A DNA stretch of 64,000 bases from Tubiluchus corallicola (lineage: Eukaryota > Animalia > Priapulida), in NCBI GenBank assembly GCA_030141605.1, contig JAQGDQ010000093.1:186001-250000 (forward strand). Reading direction: 5' to 3'. Within the stretch, counting starts at the first letter, position 1; each line of letters begins with the position of its first letter. The position numbers and the translations under genes were made by a program. The notes under the pieces were generated by a model. That model was given only the letters and a program-made list of their open reading frames with translations. It did not search any database and was not told the origin of the DNA. Positions 12,122 through 24,490 of the stretch are shown here, piece after piece.

Positions 12122-12525
12122 TAGGGGTGAGCATCGAACGTTCGAATTTGATTCATACGAGTTTTTAATTCGAATTCGATTTGAACCTAAAATTATAGAT
12201 TTGAATAATTCAGCACTTCAACCACATACGTTCTTTTGACATTAAAACGTTTTAAACATCATGCAATTAGCACAATTTAGTAGCGATTTCTGTGCGCGAT
12301 ATATAAACTAAGTTACTAATGGTTTTATTGCAGAACAAAATCGAGTAATAGGGCCTATGCATGATCTTTGTAAGACTGCTTTTTACTGAGGGTTCGAAAA
12401 CTTTTTCGAAAATCTTTCAAACTCAATTCGAATTCGAAATACTGAAATTCGGTTTGATTTGAATTCGGAAGTCACAAATTCCATTCGATTCGAATTCGAT
12501 TTCTGGTAGAGAATGCTCACCCCTA
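12122..12525. mobile_element. hAT-type MITE family B
   Basis: TAGGGGTGAGCAT / ATGCTCACCCCTA; TSD ctgagtac/ctaattac. Confidence 0.88.
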
Positions 12526-12958
12526 CTAATTACTTGACATTTTTTCAATATAAGTCGTATGAAATTACTATGAATACATGTTTAAATATTACATGCTCAA
12601 GTTTTATGAGTGGTTAGTGTATTAAGACAACAGCTGTGGGCCAGGCTGCAAAACAAATCATTGAAACTTCTTTTTAAATTCAATACAAGAGTATCATATT
12701 AAACTGAAGTCTGTTTACTTGAACTTTCGAGAAGAATCTAGAAAATTAAACCAGTCTATGCAGCTTTCTCGTGAATTAGTTTTATTCATCCTCAACTGAC
12801 ACTATATAATTTAATTTAATATAATTTGACATACTATAATAATAGTATTCTTTGTAACATTGTAACATACTACTATAGTAATAGTAATAGCTTGTAACAT
12901 TGCGCGTTCCACATATCGTTACTGTAACTGTACACGTAATCTTGTTGGTCAATAAAAA

Positions 12959-12959
<1 letters not shown>

Positions 12960-12992
<33 letters not shown>

Positions 12993-13020
12993 ACTGCTAC
13001 TGCTACTGCTACTGCTACTG

Positions 13021-13051
<31 letters not shown>

Positions 13052-13095
13052 GACTACTACTACTACTACTACTACTACTACAACTACAACAACAA
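12960..13095. repeat. Compound (CTG)n/(CTA)n microsatellite
   Basis: Directly visible. Confidence 0.95.
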
Positions 13096-16046
13096 TGTAA
13101 TTAGGCAGTTTGGATGCTATGTAGTTTAGCTGTATTTATACATAACATTTTTATTTCTCTTTGCAATGCTACCCTCACTGTCACTACTTGTCACTATTTG
13201 AATGATGTGTTCGGAAATGAAAACGTGGTGTAATACAATCAAAATACAGTGTTAAAAACTACCTAGTGTTCAACTTCACACATGCAAACACACACGCACA
13301 CACGCATATACTGTATATTAGACAATTTATCTTAATGCACTAATCACTCGTAAAATTGAGTAAGTAATATTTAAACATATTCTTAGTACATGTATATATA
13401 ATATATCTATATTATGATTATAAAATAACCCAACTTTTCCTAACTTGTTTTAAAATAAGTATATGCTATACAGAAATATTTTTGATACAATAACAATCCA
13501 AAAGTTAAATATCAAAATAAAAAACATGTATAATTTCTGTGTCGGATATCAACAAAATCAATATTTCTAACAAGTGTAAACAAGTTAAATTTTTCAAAAT
13601 CAAAAAACAGTATTTTCATTGCTAAATGTGTGACATCTACGCACATCAGTATTCATGAATCGTTTTCACTGACAGTTATAACCTTTGGGCACAGTTCTAG
13701 TAAACTATTTTCAGTTCAATTTTCGCCTTCGCGCCAGTAATTCTACTTCAAAGCACAAGTTACTGAATCCACTTGCTGTAAGGCAGTTACAAGATTGAGA
13801 GATTTACGATCATTCAGAGTCGGTCTATTTTATAATAATTGTTATGGATTAAAACTTATGAATTCAAATATTTAAAAAGGAGTTACTGCATAAATAATCT
13901 GTATAGATCAGTCTTGATTTGACATTTGTTCGGTGTGCCTGTCAACTTTTATCATCAGAATTGGGCTAATCATGTCGCTTCTGCGAGAAAAATCAGAATT
14001 TAAGCCACAAAGTAAATATGAAGGAAAATGTGACAATGAAAAAAAATTCAATAATGATAAACCTGTTTCAGTCTGTTATGAAACTGCTTTTCTGCAGGTC
14101 AAACTTTTAGCAATGTCAGCAACAACAGTAATGGAAATTTTTCATCATTTTAAACTATTTTGCCTCATCATCATTTCCAAGTTTTGATGTACGTGCTGTT
14201 TAACAAGATGCGGGGGTCACAAATTCTAGTACGAAACATTTCTCAGATTTAATTTTTTACAAAGCAGTTTTCAGGGAACAGCTGTTACACGTTAAAGGAC
14301 AAAAACACTTTTCATAAATAAAGCTTACAAATTCGTCTTGAAATTTTGTATAAATTACATGCTGTTTTATTGCATACAGAGCTTGTATTAGCAGTATCCC
14401 TGAACAAAATTTGTAAATTTAAACTTCTGGATGACCATTAGGCACAACCATTGTAACACTAAGTCATTTAGATAACACTGCGTAAAATTTAGAAAAAATA
14501 ATCAGAGCATTCATAGCACACACTTCTTTAACTAAGCTAAAGTATAAATTACTTTACATTGTCAATAAGATTGGTAATGTGTGTTTTGTAAGCCAGTAGT
14601 GCACACTGGGATGGCATTGCAGTTGTGTTACCAGTTGGGGCAAACTTTTTGAATTATTAGGAATTTTCTTTTCCATTTACATAAGGCTTTCAAACAAATA
14701 AGCATCGTTTTTCAAGCAGGTTAGCATACTGCTAAGTAATATAACTTTGCACGAAAACTTTTTTGTGATACCCTTCAAAATTGCCTTTGCGTCCCAGTAC
14801 ATCAGTGTACACGTGAGTGTTTGCTTATAAACCAGCAACATGTGAATAGCAGCTAACCAAATTTCCTAGTTGACTATGAAACCGATGCACAAGCTGCACA
14901 ACTTGAATAATTAACAACAAGTCAGACTTTGCTACAACAAGCTTTTTCTCTACAAAACACTGCAACGTTTAGATGAAGTCAGCACTTTTACCTGCCAAAC
15001 CATTCTTTGCGCTGCTGCATAATAACAAACTAATCAACAGCACAGAAAAGTGGACAAAGTATTATTTAACCTGTATAATACAAATTTTCTCCCTATTAAT
15101 GAACTAAACATCGAAACTAAAATCCACACTTTATTACATGGTGACTCACTTTTCAATCTTGACCAAAAGAAAACTATTTTTTATAATTTATAAAAAATAT
15201 TTATATATTTATAAAAGCAGGAATTTATAAAAGCTTCAAGTTGATTCAATAAACGTTAATTTAACATTTTGCATTTGATGTACTGTCATTATTAAAACAT
15301 GGGTATCTATATCCAATCATAAATGTCTCAATTTTGTAACAGAGTATGATCCTAGGTATGTTAATCAGTTTTGTTGTGTATACCAAAGGTGATGGAAAAT
15401 AAACATGTTTATAAAAAAAGTGGACCAAACTCCAAATTTGCAGCTCATTAGTATGAATTAATTTAATGAACAAGTCAAAGTAAAAACTTGGCCACATTTT
15501 AAGCTCAGCAAGCTTGTATACATTTCACAGGTTGCTACTGTATGCTTGGATGGCTCTCACTTCTGATCGAAAGCCCTCTCTCTTTCTCACCTCTAATCCT
15601 CACATTTGCATGCCAACGTGCACCCTCATACAGCTTAGTCACTGACCAGAATAGCCTCGGGTCAATTAACATTCTCAGCCCCCACATGCCCATTGTGCTT
15701 TATCTGTTAAACAGACGTGATGTTTTGTGAAAAAATTCATAACCGTTTTGACCCCGATTTGTGTGTACAACAAGCGCGTCCCGGTTTCATAATAGGCGAG
15801 CCATTTACGATAATAAAGGCAATGGAATTGCTGTCATATGTATCAATTGCAAGCGGTTAGTTATATCTGGTTCTGTTATAAAGTTCGTGTTGTTTACAAC
15901 GTGGGGTCGAAGCTCGTTTTTGCTGATTACTGCCAAATTAGTGCTCGTCCACAACAAAATGCCTGTTATTGTCCAGCAAAAATGTATCTAGACAAAATCT
16001 GCCAAACATCAGACAATTTCGAATTTATAAGCATTTCAGTTATCAG

Positions 16047-16384
16047 TAGGGGTGAGCATCAAACGTTCGAGTTTCAACGAGTTTTTTAGTTCAAATTCGA
16101 TTCGAATCTAAAATTATAGATTCGAATAATTCAGCACTTCAGCTACATACGTTCTTTATCATTAAATGTTTGCAACAGCATGCACTTAGCACAATTTTTA
16201 ACAAAGTAATAGTGGTTTTACTGTAGAACAAAATCGAGTAATATGCATGATCTTTGTAAGACAAATTTTTACTGCTGGTTCGAAAATCTTTCAAACTCAA
16301 TTCGAATTAGATTCGAATTCGAAAGTCACAAATTTGTTTCGATTTGAATCGAATTCGCTTTCAGGTAGAGAATGCTCACCCCTG
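16047..16384. mobile_element. hAT-type MITE family B
   Basis: TIRs and body match the other copies; TSD not recognisable. Confidence 0.8.
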
Positions 16385-19300
16385 CTCGCCACTGGAACTT
16401 AATGCTGAAAGCATCAACAGTAATGCATTCACCATAATTACCACACAAACAACCCAAAATTATATTTACCAAATACTCCAAATGATTACATAATAAACTC
16501 GCTATGCACAATGCCTCGGGCCTCTCATGCGAAACACTGAATACCTTCTATGCACATGCCCCATCACTAAATTCTAGATCAATCGAGAATGATTATTATA
16601 CAATTGGTTGAAAATCTTTTCACTTGCACCTCGACTAAACGATATGCGAAAAAAAATTTAATACCTTATTTGCAAAGTTCAGTTTAAGTAAATTTGCTAT
16701 ATAGTGTGCACCGAATAAAAATAATAGCTCTGGTTTTTCTTGCTCTGTCATACAATGGATTTATCTCTATGTAAAGACTGTTGGGTATTTTTCAAAATTA
16801 ATACTAAAATACTACCAACCTGCTATGAATAGATACACAGAGACACAAGTGTGAAACAGAATTATGTTACCTTCAGTGATCGAAAACTGGGGTACTTTTA
16901 AACACAAACTGGAAATTCCTTAACACATTTACTACAACAAAAATGCGCCTAACTTCCTGCAAGCGTAGTCAGTAATTTATGCAACTTACCTACGAATTTT
17001 TTTTCGAGATCAACAATTTTGCACGCCATAATATCTGTACATCAGTCTGTAACAAGCAGGATATGACGAGTGAGTCACAATCATAAGCAAACACATGGGG
17101 CTGACTGCTAAAATGAATAAGAGATGCTCAATGGCTGTACAGAAATCTTTCAAGTTACCAGGTCAGTAAGATAGTTAATCAACTATCGGGTATTTATAAG
17201 CATAAGATCACTAATTAAGAGACAGACCCAAAAGAGACACATATATATATATGTGTGTGTGTGTGTATATGTATATATATATATATGCATGTGTATATAT
17301 TTGTTTTCTTTGCCATATTTGTTTTCTTTGCCATGGCAACACATGAATTTCAAGAAAGTCAATTTGTTTTCTTTGCCATTGCAACATATGAAATTGTTCA
17401 TAGAAAGCCTAATATATGTCTGTCCTAGCTAGTTTGTTTTCTTTGCCACATGAACACATAAAATATTTAAAAATTTAGATAACAGGTTACAAGATCTAAC
17501 AGAGTAACATTTTAACACACCTCTTTTGTTTGTAGTTGTAATTTATTTAATGAGCATTTTACCACCCAGTAAACATTAAAGAAAACATTATGTCACGGTT
17601 TCTGGTATTTATCAAGTCATTACAATTAAGTTCTCGGCCAAACGTTTGCCTGATTCGCTGAACTTCAACACAAGTTCATTAATCACGAAACAATCACACA
17701 CATATGCCTGCTATAGCACAAAAGAACAGAAACACAGCAAACGATGCTAATTAGCTTGTAATGCTAATTAATCCATAGCAAGCGACCCATTTTTTGTTGA
17801 AATTGCAGACAAACAGTTAAGACAGCTTTGTTCACGGTCATAAGAAAGTACAAAAGTTTTAGCACAGTTATAGGCGAAAACCCTAAAGACAACAATATTC
17901 ACTTTACACCACTGCTTGCCAATTTGTCACACTGCTATAGTGAAAAATGCCTGCAGGAACCATTGTGTCGACCACACAGTCACACATACACTGCTCACAC
18001 GACAACCTACAACTTTTTAACTGGCGGCCATATGCGGCTGAGTAAAGTATCTTGGGGGGGGGGGGGGGAAAGGGAATAGTTTGATAACTGTAATTATACC
18101 GACGATAATTATGGTTGTTGTGGGATGCAGGCAACAGGAACTAGTATTACCCTTCAGGAAACAGCAAGGAGAATGACTATGTTTGATACAGCTGTAAAAT
18201 GCTAACACCAATCACAAGTCGAGATTGAGAAGATCAGTAGCATATATAAGATTAGGTTAAAGCAATTATGTTGTCAAATAAGCGTTTCAAAAACCGCCAA
18301 TACACTCCGGTGTCGGAAGGTGTCACTTTGTACAAGGTAAAGGCGCAAAGATTACGTTTTCTTTCAACAGTTTTTTATTAAAAAGTTTTAAACCGACGTC
18401 AGCAACGGCGATCCAACAATGACGCCAACGTGCATGATTTCTCAATAACACATAAAACTTTTTTATTCAAATCAAACCAAACTAGGCCAATACCTCACAC
18501 TCCAGGCAAAATTTTACAGCGGGAAGATAGAAATGTGAGTACACAAATTAGAATGCTCATAATTAAGTAGCATAAGAACTGTGACTAAATGGTAACATTC
18601 TTTTTGAATTGGGGTGAAGCTGGAATACTAAACCTTTCAACGGCCTTCTAGATCATCTATGTACAAACTTAGTATCAAAACTCCTCCATAGGTTTATTAC
18701 TCTCATTTTTTAATTTTACTTCTGACCTTAGATGTCTAGTGCATTGTTTTAAAATGTTTCAAATGTATTCTTAATCGTATTGACAACATACAGTCATTTG
18801 AAATTTTACTTAGCAACATGTATGCTACGAATGCTCTAATTATTTTTTCAATCCTTACTACTCGGTATTTTCAAACGACCTACCATCAAAATGGCTGCAC
18901 CTAACGGAAATTTAAATTTACAAGTGTTATACAGGGTTACGGCCGACGAAATCATGCGAAAAAGCAGTACGTAAATGGTATCAAATGTGAAAACGAATTT
19001 TTTAAGCTTTAGAGGGCTTCCTTATGCTTTAAACGAAAGATTTGCAAGAAGGTCTTAACAGCACATGTGTCGCTGTAGAGTTGTAGCTGTTGCTACCTGT
19101 TGTCAAACTGAGAATTGCGGTCATTACTAAAGCACAGCAGTAATCCAAATTGCTATTTAATGATTCCTGATGACTTTCTGATTGCCGATTTCCCTTTCTT
19201 TCAATTGACGATGACTGTATTTTAGACACTCGCTGCACTTGACTAATCAAGTTTGCCTATTTTGCTAGAGAATGTCATCTGCTTGAGAAGACATTTTTCG

Positions 19301-20491
19301 TAATTTTTCAAGCAAACTGGAGCTCATCCATTGTGTTGCAAAAACGCTGACAGTGCTTGTTAACAAAACTTATTAGCACATCATAAAATAGAAATTCGAC
19401 TTGGCGATTTCTCTGTCTCAGTACATTTCAATTTTAAACATTGCAGTGTAAATACTGTTTTTATGCTTTTCTTGATGTAACAAATTGTTTTGCTTCAAGT
19501 CACATATTTGCAAGAATGCATAGAAAATACTCAGTTTATTTTCATGCATTTCATGCTGTTTTCTTTAAAGCACATAATTGTTATCACATTGATAAAAGAC
19601 TACATCATTTTTATACAAAATAATAAAATTCTAAACAAATTAATATTAATGCATAATTTACGATGACAACAACATTCCAATCATTGTCAGAAATACTGAA
19701 TATAGGTAAAGTTATTATAATGTTCCAAAACATAATGCATAGTCATTTCCAAGTGGGATTTACTGTTTGCCTTAGGCAATGTAAGCACAACAGCTTGTGG
19801 TAGCAACGTGTACAGAAGATGAAAGAAATTTACTGTATAATATCAATTTAGCACTGCACAGACTGCATTCTCGAGAAAAAATACCGAAATCTTGCTGATA
19901 GACAAGCTGCTTTTTATGACCCTATTTTTATTGGCAAAAAACAAAACCTTTGGTCACAGTTAGAACTGATACAGAGGCTTTGGGTAGAAGAAACGGCACA
20001 CAGGCTATGCAACTAATAACAAGTGAACGTACACGTACGTAGTGCTACAATATTTCGTACTAATAAGCAAGCGTTTCTTTTAGATGTATGCAAACTGTGC
20101 CACACTAATGAAGAAATCAGCAACCTAGTATTTTTATGAATGTTTGAACAATAGTAAATATAATTATATTTTGGTCACGCTTTGGAAGCGTACTACCATT
20201 TAAGAGAAGACCAATCAAAGATTCAGTATCCAAGAAAATAATGTTAAATGGAAGCTATAGTACAATTTGCATAACTGACGTACAAAATGCATATAAGTAG
20301 CTCTCTAGTTACAGCATGTAGAGGGCGTTCGAGCAAGCAATTGGTAACAGATTCATAACATGTTTAAATGACAATTAAGCTAAGAAAAACCTATTTTAAG
20401 CGAGAATGGCGTGCACAGTTGGGAATTGTACCACAAGATAAACGTTTAAACTGCTTACAGTGAATAACTTCCAAATTCCTCACATGACTAT

Positions 20492-21470
20492 ATGTAACCC
20501 ATGCTTCCCCCTACTGAGAATGCGCTGTTCACATCAACACTTGTTCACACCATGTAACCCACGCTTCCCCCTACTGAGAATGCGCTGTTCACATCAACAC
20601 TTGTTCACACCATGTAACCCACGCTTCCCCCTATAGAGAACGCGCTGTTCACATCAACATTTGTTCACAACCCACGCTTCCCCCTATTGAGAACCCGCTG
20701 TTCACATTAATACTTGTTTACAGCCTGTAACCCACGCTTCCCCCTATTGAGAATGCACTGTTCACATCGACACTTGTTCACACCATGTCATGTAACCCAC
20801 GCTTCCCCCTATTGAGAATATGGTGTTCACATCAGCACTTGTTCACACCCTGTAACCCACGCTTCCTCCTATTGAGAATGAGCTGTACACATTGGCACTT
20901 GTTCACACCCTGTAACCCATGCTTCCTCCTATTGAGAATGTGCTGTTCACATCAACACTTGTTCACACCCTGTAACCCACGCTTCCCCCTATTGAGAATA
21001 TGCTGTTCACATCAGCACTTGTTCACACCCTGTAACCCACGCTTCCTCCTATTGAGAATGCGCTGTTCACATCAATACTTGTTCACACCCTGTAACCCAC
21101 GCTTCCCCCTATAGAGAATGCGCTGTTCACATCAACACTTGTTCACACCCTGTAACCCAAGCTTCCCCCTATTGAGAATGCGCTGTTCACATCAACACTT
21201 ATTCACACCATGTAACCCATGCTTCCCCCTATTGAGAATGCGCTGTTCACATCAACACTTGTTCACACCCTGTAACCCACGCTGGGAACACTGTTCACGT
21301 CTACACTTGTTCACACCCTGTAACCCACGCTGGGAACACTGTTCACGTCTACACTTGTTCACACCCTGTAACCCATGCTTCCCACCTTTCGAGAATGCAG
21401 TGTTCACATCCTTTAACCCACACTTCCTCCCCCCCTCCATTGAGAATGCAGTGTTCACATCAACACTTGC
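20492..21470. repeat. 60-bp minisatellite, about 16 units
   Basis: Unit TGTAACCCACGCTTCCCCCTATTGAGAATGCGCTGTTCACATCAACACTTGTTCACACCC, with shortened 48-bp variants near the right end. Confidence 0.95.
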
Positions 21471-22108
21471 TTAGACAGTTTTTGAGCTTCTGGAACAGCA
21501 ATTAACATCTGTTTCCCGACTTCCTGGGTGTGAAGGATTCGCCAGGGACCGTTTATAAACGTGCAAACTTTTGACAAGTCACTTTAGCAGGATCATTTCT
21601 TACATTTGCCGGTAACTTGATATAGTTCTGGCACTGTTTCACAGCAAAAGAGAGCAGCCGTACTGACACTGAGAAAATAAAAAGTAATGAATGAGAGAAG
21701 GATACGCTTAGCACATAAAAAACAACTAAGACTGCCAGGAGATAAAATCAGTAAATAGATGTTTATGAACTGCCATGAACTGGCGAATATCAGGAAGCTT
21801 ATGCTCAGTAAATCAGCCTAGATTCCGGGTTGATAGCTTTGAAGTTGGTACCAGTGATTAGACTACACTTTTGTAATCAATTTTAAAGCCACATTCAAAC
21901 TTATTCAGAAATGATAAACAGAAGGAATGGAAGAGACGGCAGCCATCAGGCAGCTTACAGGATTTGCCAATAAAATGATAGCATAATTTTTTATGCAAAA
22001 TAAACACTATGTAAAATACAAACACTTGATCATTAGGCTTTCTTGTTTTTCACAATTTTTACCGGGAAAGAGTAATATCAAGCTAAGAACCTGAAATTAT
22101 GATGACGA

Positions 22109-22587
22109 TAGTGATGGTGAAATGTTCTAATTCGATTATAATCTCGTTCTTGTAATTCGATTTCACAATTAATCTTTTGCAGTAATTTTTTTAGTGTTTT
22201 AGCCACATTTTTCAAACATTGCAACACTGAAATATAGCCTATAAACTTCTTCAAGGCTTTTGTCGCTGCCTGCCAGTTTCACAGATTATTTTTATAGAGA
22301 CATACATTCATTAACTACTCTTTTACTATGTTAACTACACACATCACGTGAAAGCAAATAAGAAGCTCCAGTTTGCAACACTGTACTTCGCAATTGTGTC
22401 AATTGTATAAGGTGAGAAAATGAAGAAAAAATCCAGAATTCAATTTATTTGTGCTAAAACATCGCCTTTTAGTCAATGTGTAACAAGTATATTTTGCTCT
22501 CAACTAACTGAATTATTGTTCAATAGCCTATTATATCGATTCATACATGGTTATAATCTCGATTAATCTATTAATCGCCCATCACTG
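22109..22587. mobile_element. hAT-type MITE (TAGTGATGG...CCATCACTG)
   Basis: TIRs with 8-bp TSD gatgacga/gatgacaa. Confidence 0.75.
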
Positions 22588-23132
22588 GATGACAACTTAG
22601 AAAACAAACGATGCAAAAAGGCTCAGAAAGTGGGAAACATAATGAAGTAAGAAAGGAAATCTCCAAAAAAAAGCCATACTTAAAATAATAAAACAAAAAA
22701 TAAATAATACAGAAGGAACATGTTTACTGTAGCAATGATTATGAAAACTTCTCCAGGTACAGTGCCTAGTGTTGACTTTTTGCCCGGCAGAAAAGTACTG
22801 CCTTTTTTCTTGGTGATTAGTACCCTCTCTTTTTTGGCAAAAACTCTGAAATTAGATAGCTTTCATTTTTCCCAGAATAACTAAAACCTGTTGTTAATTT
22901 GTCAAGCATTCTGTAGGTTTTACCTATTATACTTATTACTATGTTTTTCACATTGATCTGTACTGACTAAATAAGTATTTTGTAGCGTTAACTGTCTAAT
23001 ATATTCTTTAGCGGTTTACAATAACTAAGCGACACACACCCAATGATAAACACATTCCCCGATAAACACTTTATAGTCTTACAGTCAATGACCATGATCA
23101 ACTTTGTTGTGAATCTCAATACAATTTCTTTT

Positions 23133-23376
23133 ATAACAAAGTAACATTTTTCTACATTATTCCTAGGATAAAAATGTGACATTGTTCTACATTGTTCCTT
23201 GGATAACAAAGTGACATTGTTCCACACTGTTGCTAGGATAACAAAGTGACATTTTTCTACATTGTTCCTACATAATAAAGTGATATTGTTCTAAACTGTT
23301 CCTGCTATAACAAAGTGACATTGTTCTACATTTTTCCTAGGATAACAAAGTGACATTGTTCTACATTGTTCCTAGG
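23133..23376. repeat. 35-bp minisatellite, about 7 units
   Basis: Unit ATAACAAAGTGACATTGTTCTACATTGTTCCTAGG. Confidence 0.9.
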
Positions 23377-24019
23377 TGTGACAGCAGTGTATGAAGTTTA
23401 TTTATTAATTTGACCACATTGTCCATAGTTCATTATAAACATCACTCTTATGATTGTCAGCAGTAATACAGCCAAACACCACGGTTCATAGCTAAAGTAC
23501 TTTCAATGCTTGCATTCTGTATTTATTTGTGCACAAAGCTTCTTCGCTAATGCAAAATCGGTGTTAAAACAAGGTACAAACCCTGCCAATTGATACGAAA
23601 ATTGTGCCACTTAACACTCGCCAGGCATTGATTAGTGGTCTAACCACTCAGTTATGCTGCATCAGCATTTGAAATTAATGGCTTCGTGAATATAGGAAGA
23701 GAAGCCCTTGGGTAAAATACTACTATACTATGCACGATAAGCACAAGCCACATGTGCAAGAACTTATATAATGACTAGGTCAACATTCCTGGGGAGTCAT
23801 TGGCAGTGGAATGTTGAAGAAAAACATGTGAGATGAGTGAGATGCTTGGGTGAGCACCAATTTCTGACTATGAAAAGTACAGTTTTTTTTTCATTTCACT
23901 TAGTAGTCAATGTAACAACACCTCTTTGCATTTTTCTTGGATTTCTATAATTGATATATCAGCTACTTAAATGTTGTCATCCACATGGATACGGTTAAAA
24001 AATACACGTACGCAAATGG

Positions 24020-24490
24020 AAAACATGCATTCATGGTGGTTAGGAGGGTGATCCGCCCTTTTAAACACGAGAAAACCTTCATTAGAGAGCCATAAGGCTT
24101 GAATAAAACACTGTCACCCAAAGACAAAACATGCATTCATAGAGCTTGGGTGATAATTCATCCTACTAAAGGCAAAAAAGCTTCATTAGAGGGCCATGGC
24201 ACTTGTGTGAAACACTACCACCCACATAGATATGAGATTTAAAAAAGTACGAGGCACAGAAAGAGGCAACATGCATTCATGAAGCTTGGAGGATAATTTA
24301 TGCTACCGAAGACAAAAAACTTCATTAGAGCATCATGGCACTTGCATGAAATATTATCACCCACATAGATACGAGATTTAAAAAAGTACGAGGCACAGCA
24401 AAAGACAACATGCATTGACAAAGCTTGGGCGGTAACCCACCTTACTGAATATGAAATGAAACTCCAGTAGATAGTCCTAAGACTTGTATT
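24020..24490. repeat. Degenerate tandem repeat, about 4 units of 105-140 bp
   Basis: Recurring aacatgcattcat...cttcattagag...cca; cccacatagata.gagatttaaaaaagtacgaggcacag occurs twice. Confidence 0.75.

Noticed and set aside
12122-12525. Heat-shock element arrays in family B MITEs
   Set aside because: TTCGAA palindromes do not give three correctly spaced alternating nGAAn units.
20492-21474. CRISPR array or Cys/His-rich repeat protein
   Set aside because: Whole 60-bp units repeat with no unique spacers and no cas genes in eukaryotic DNA; the ORFs arise from unit length, have stops and lack splice support.
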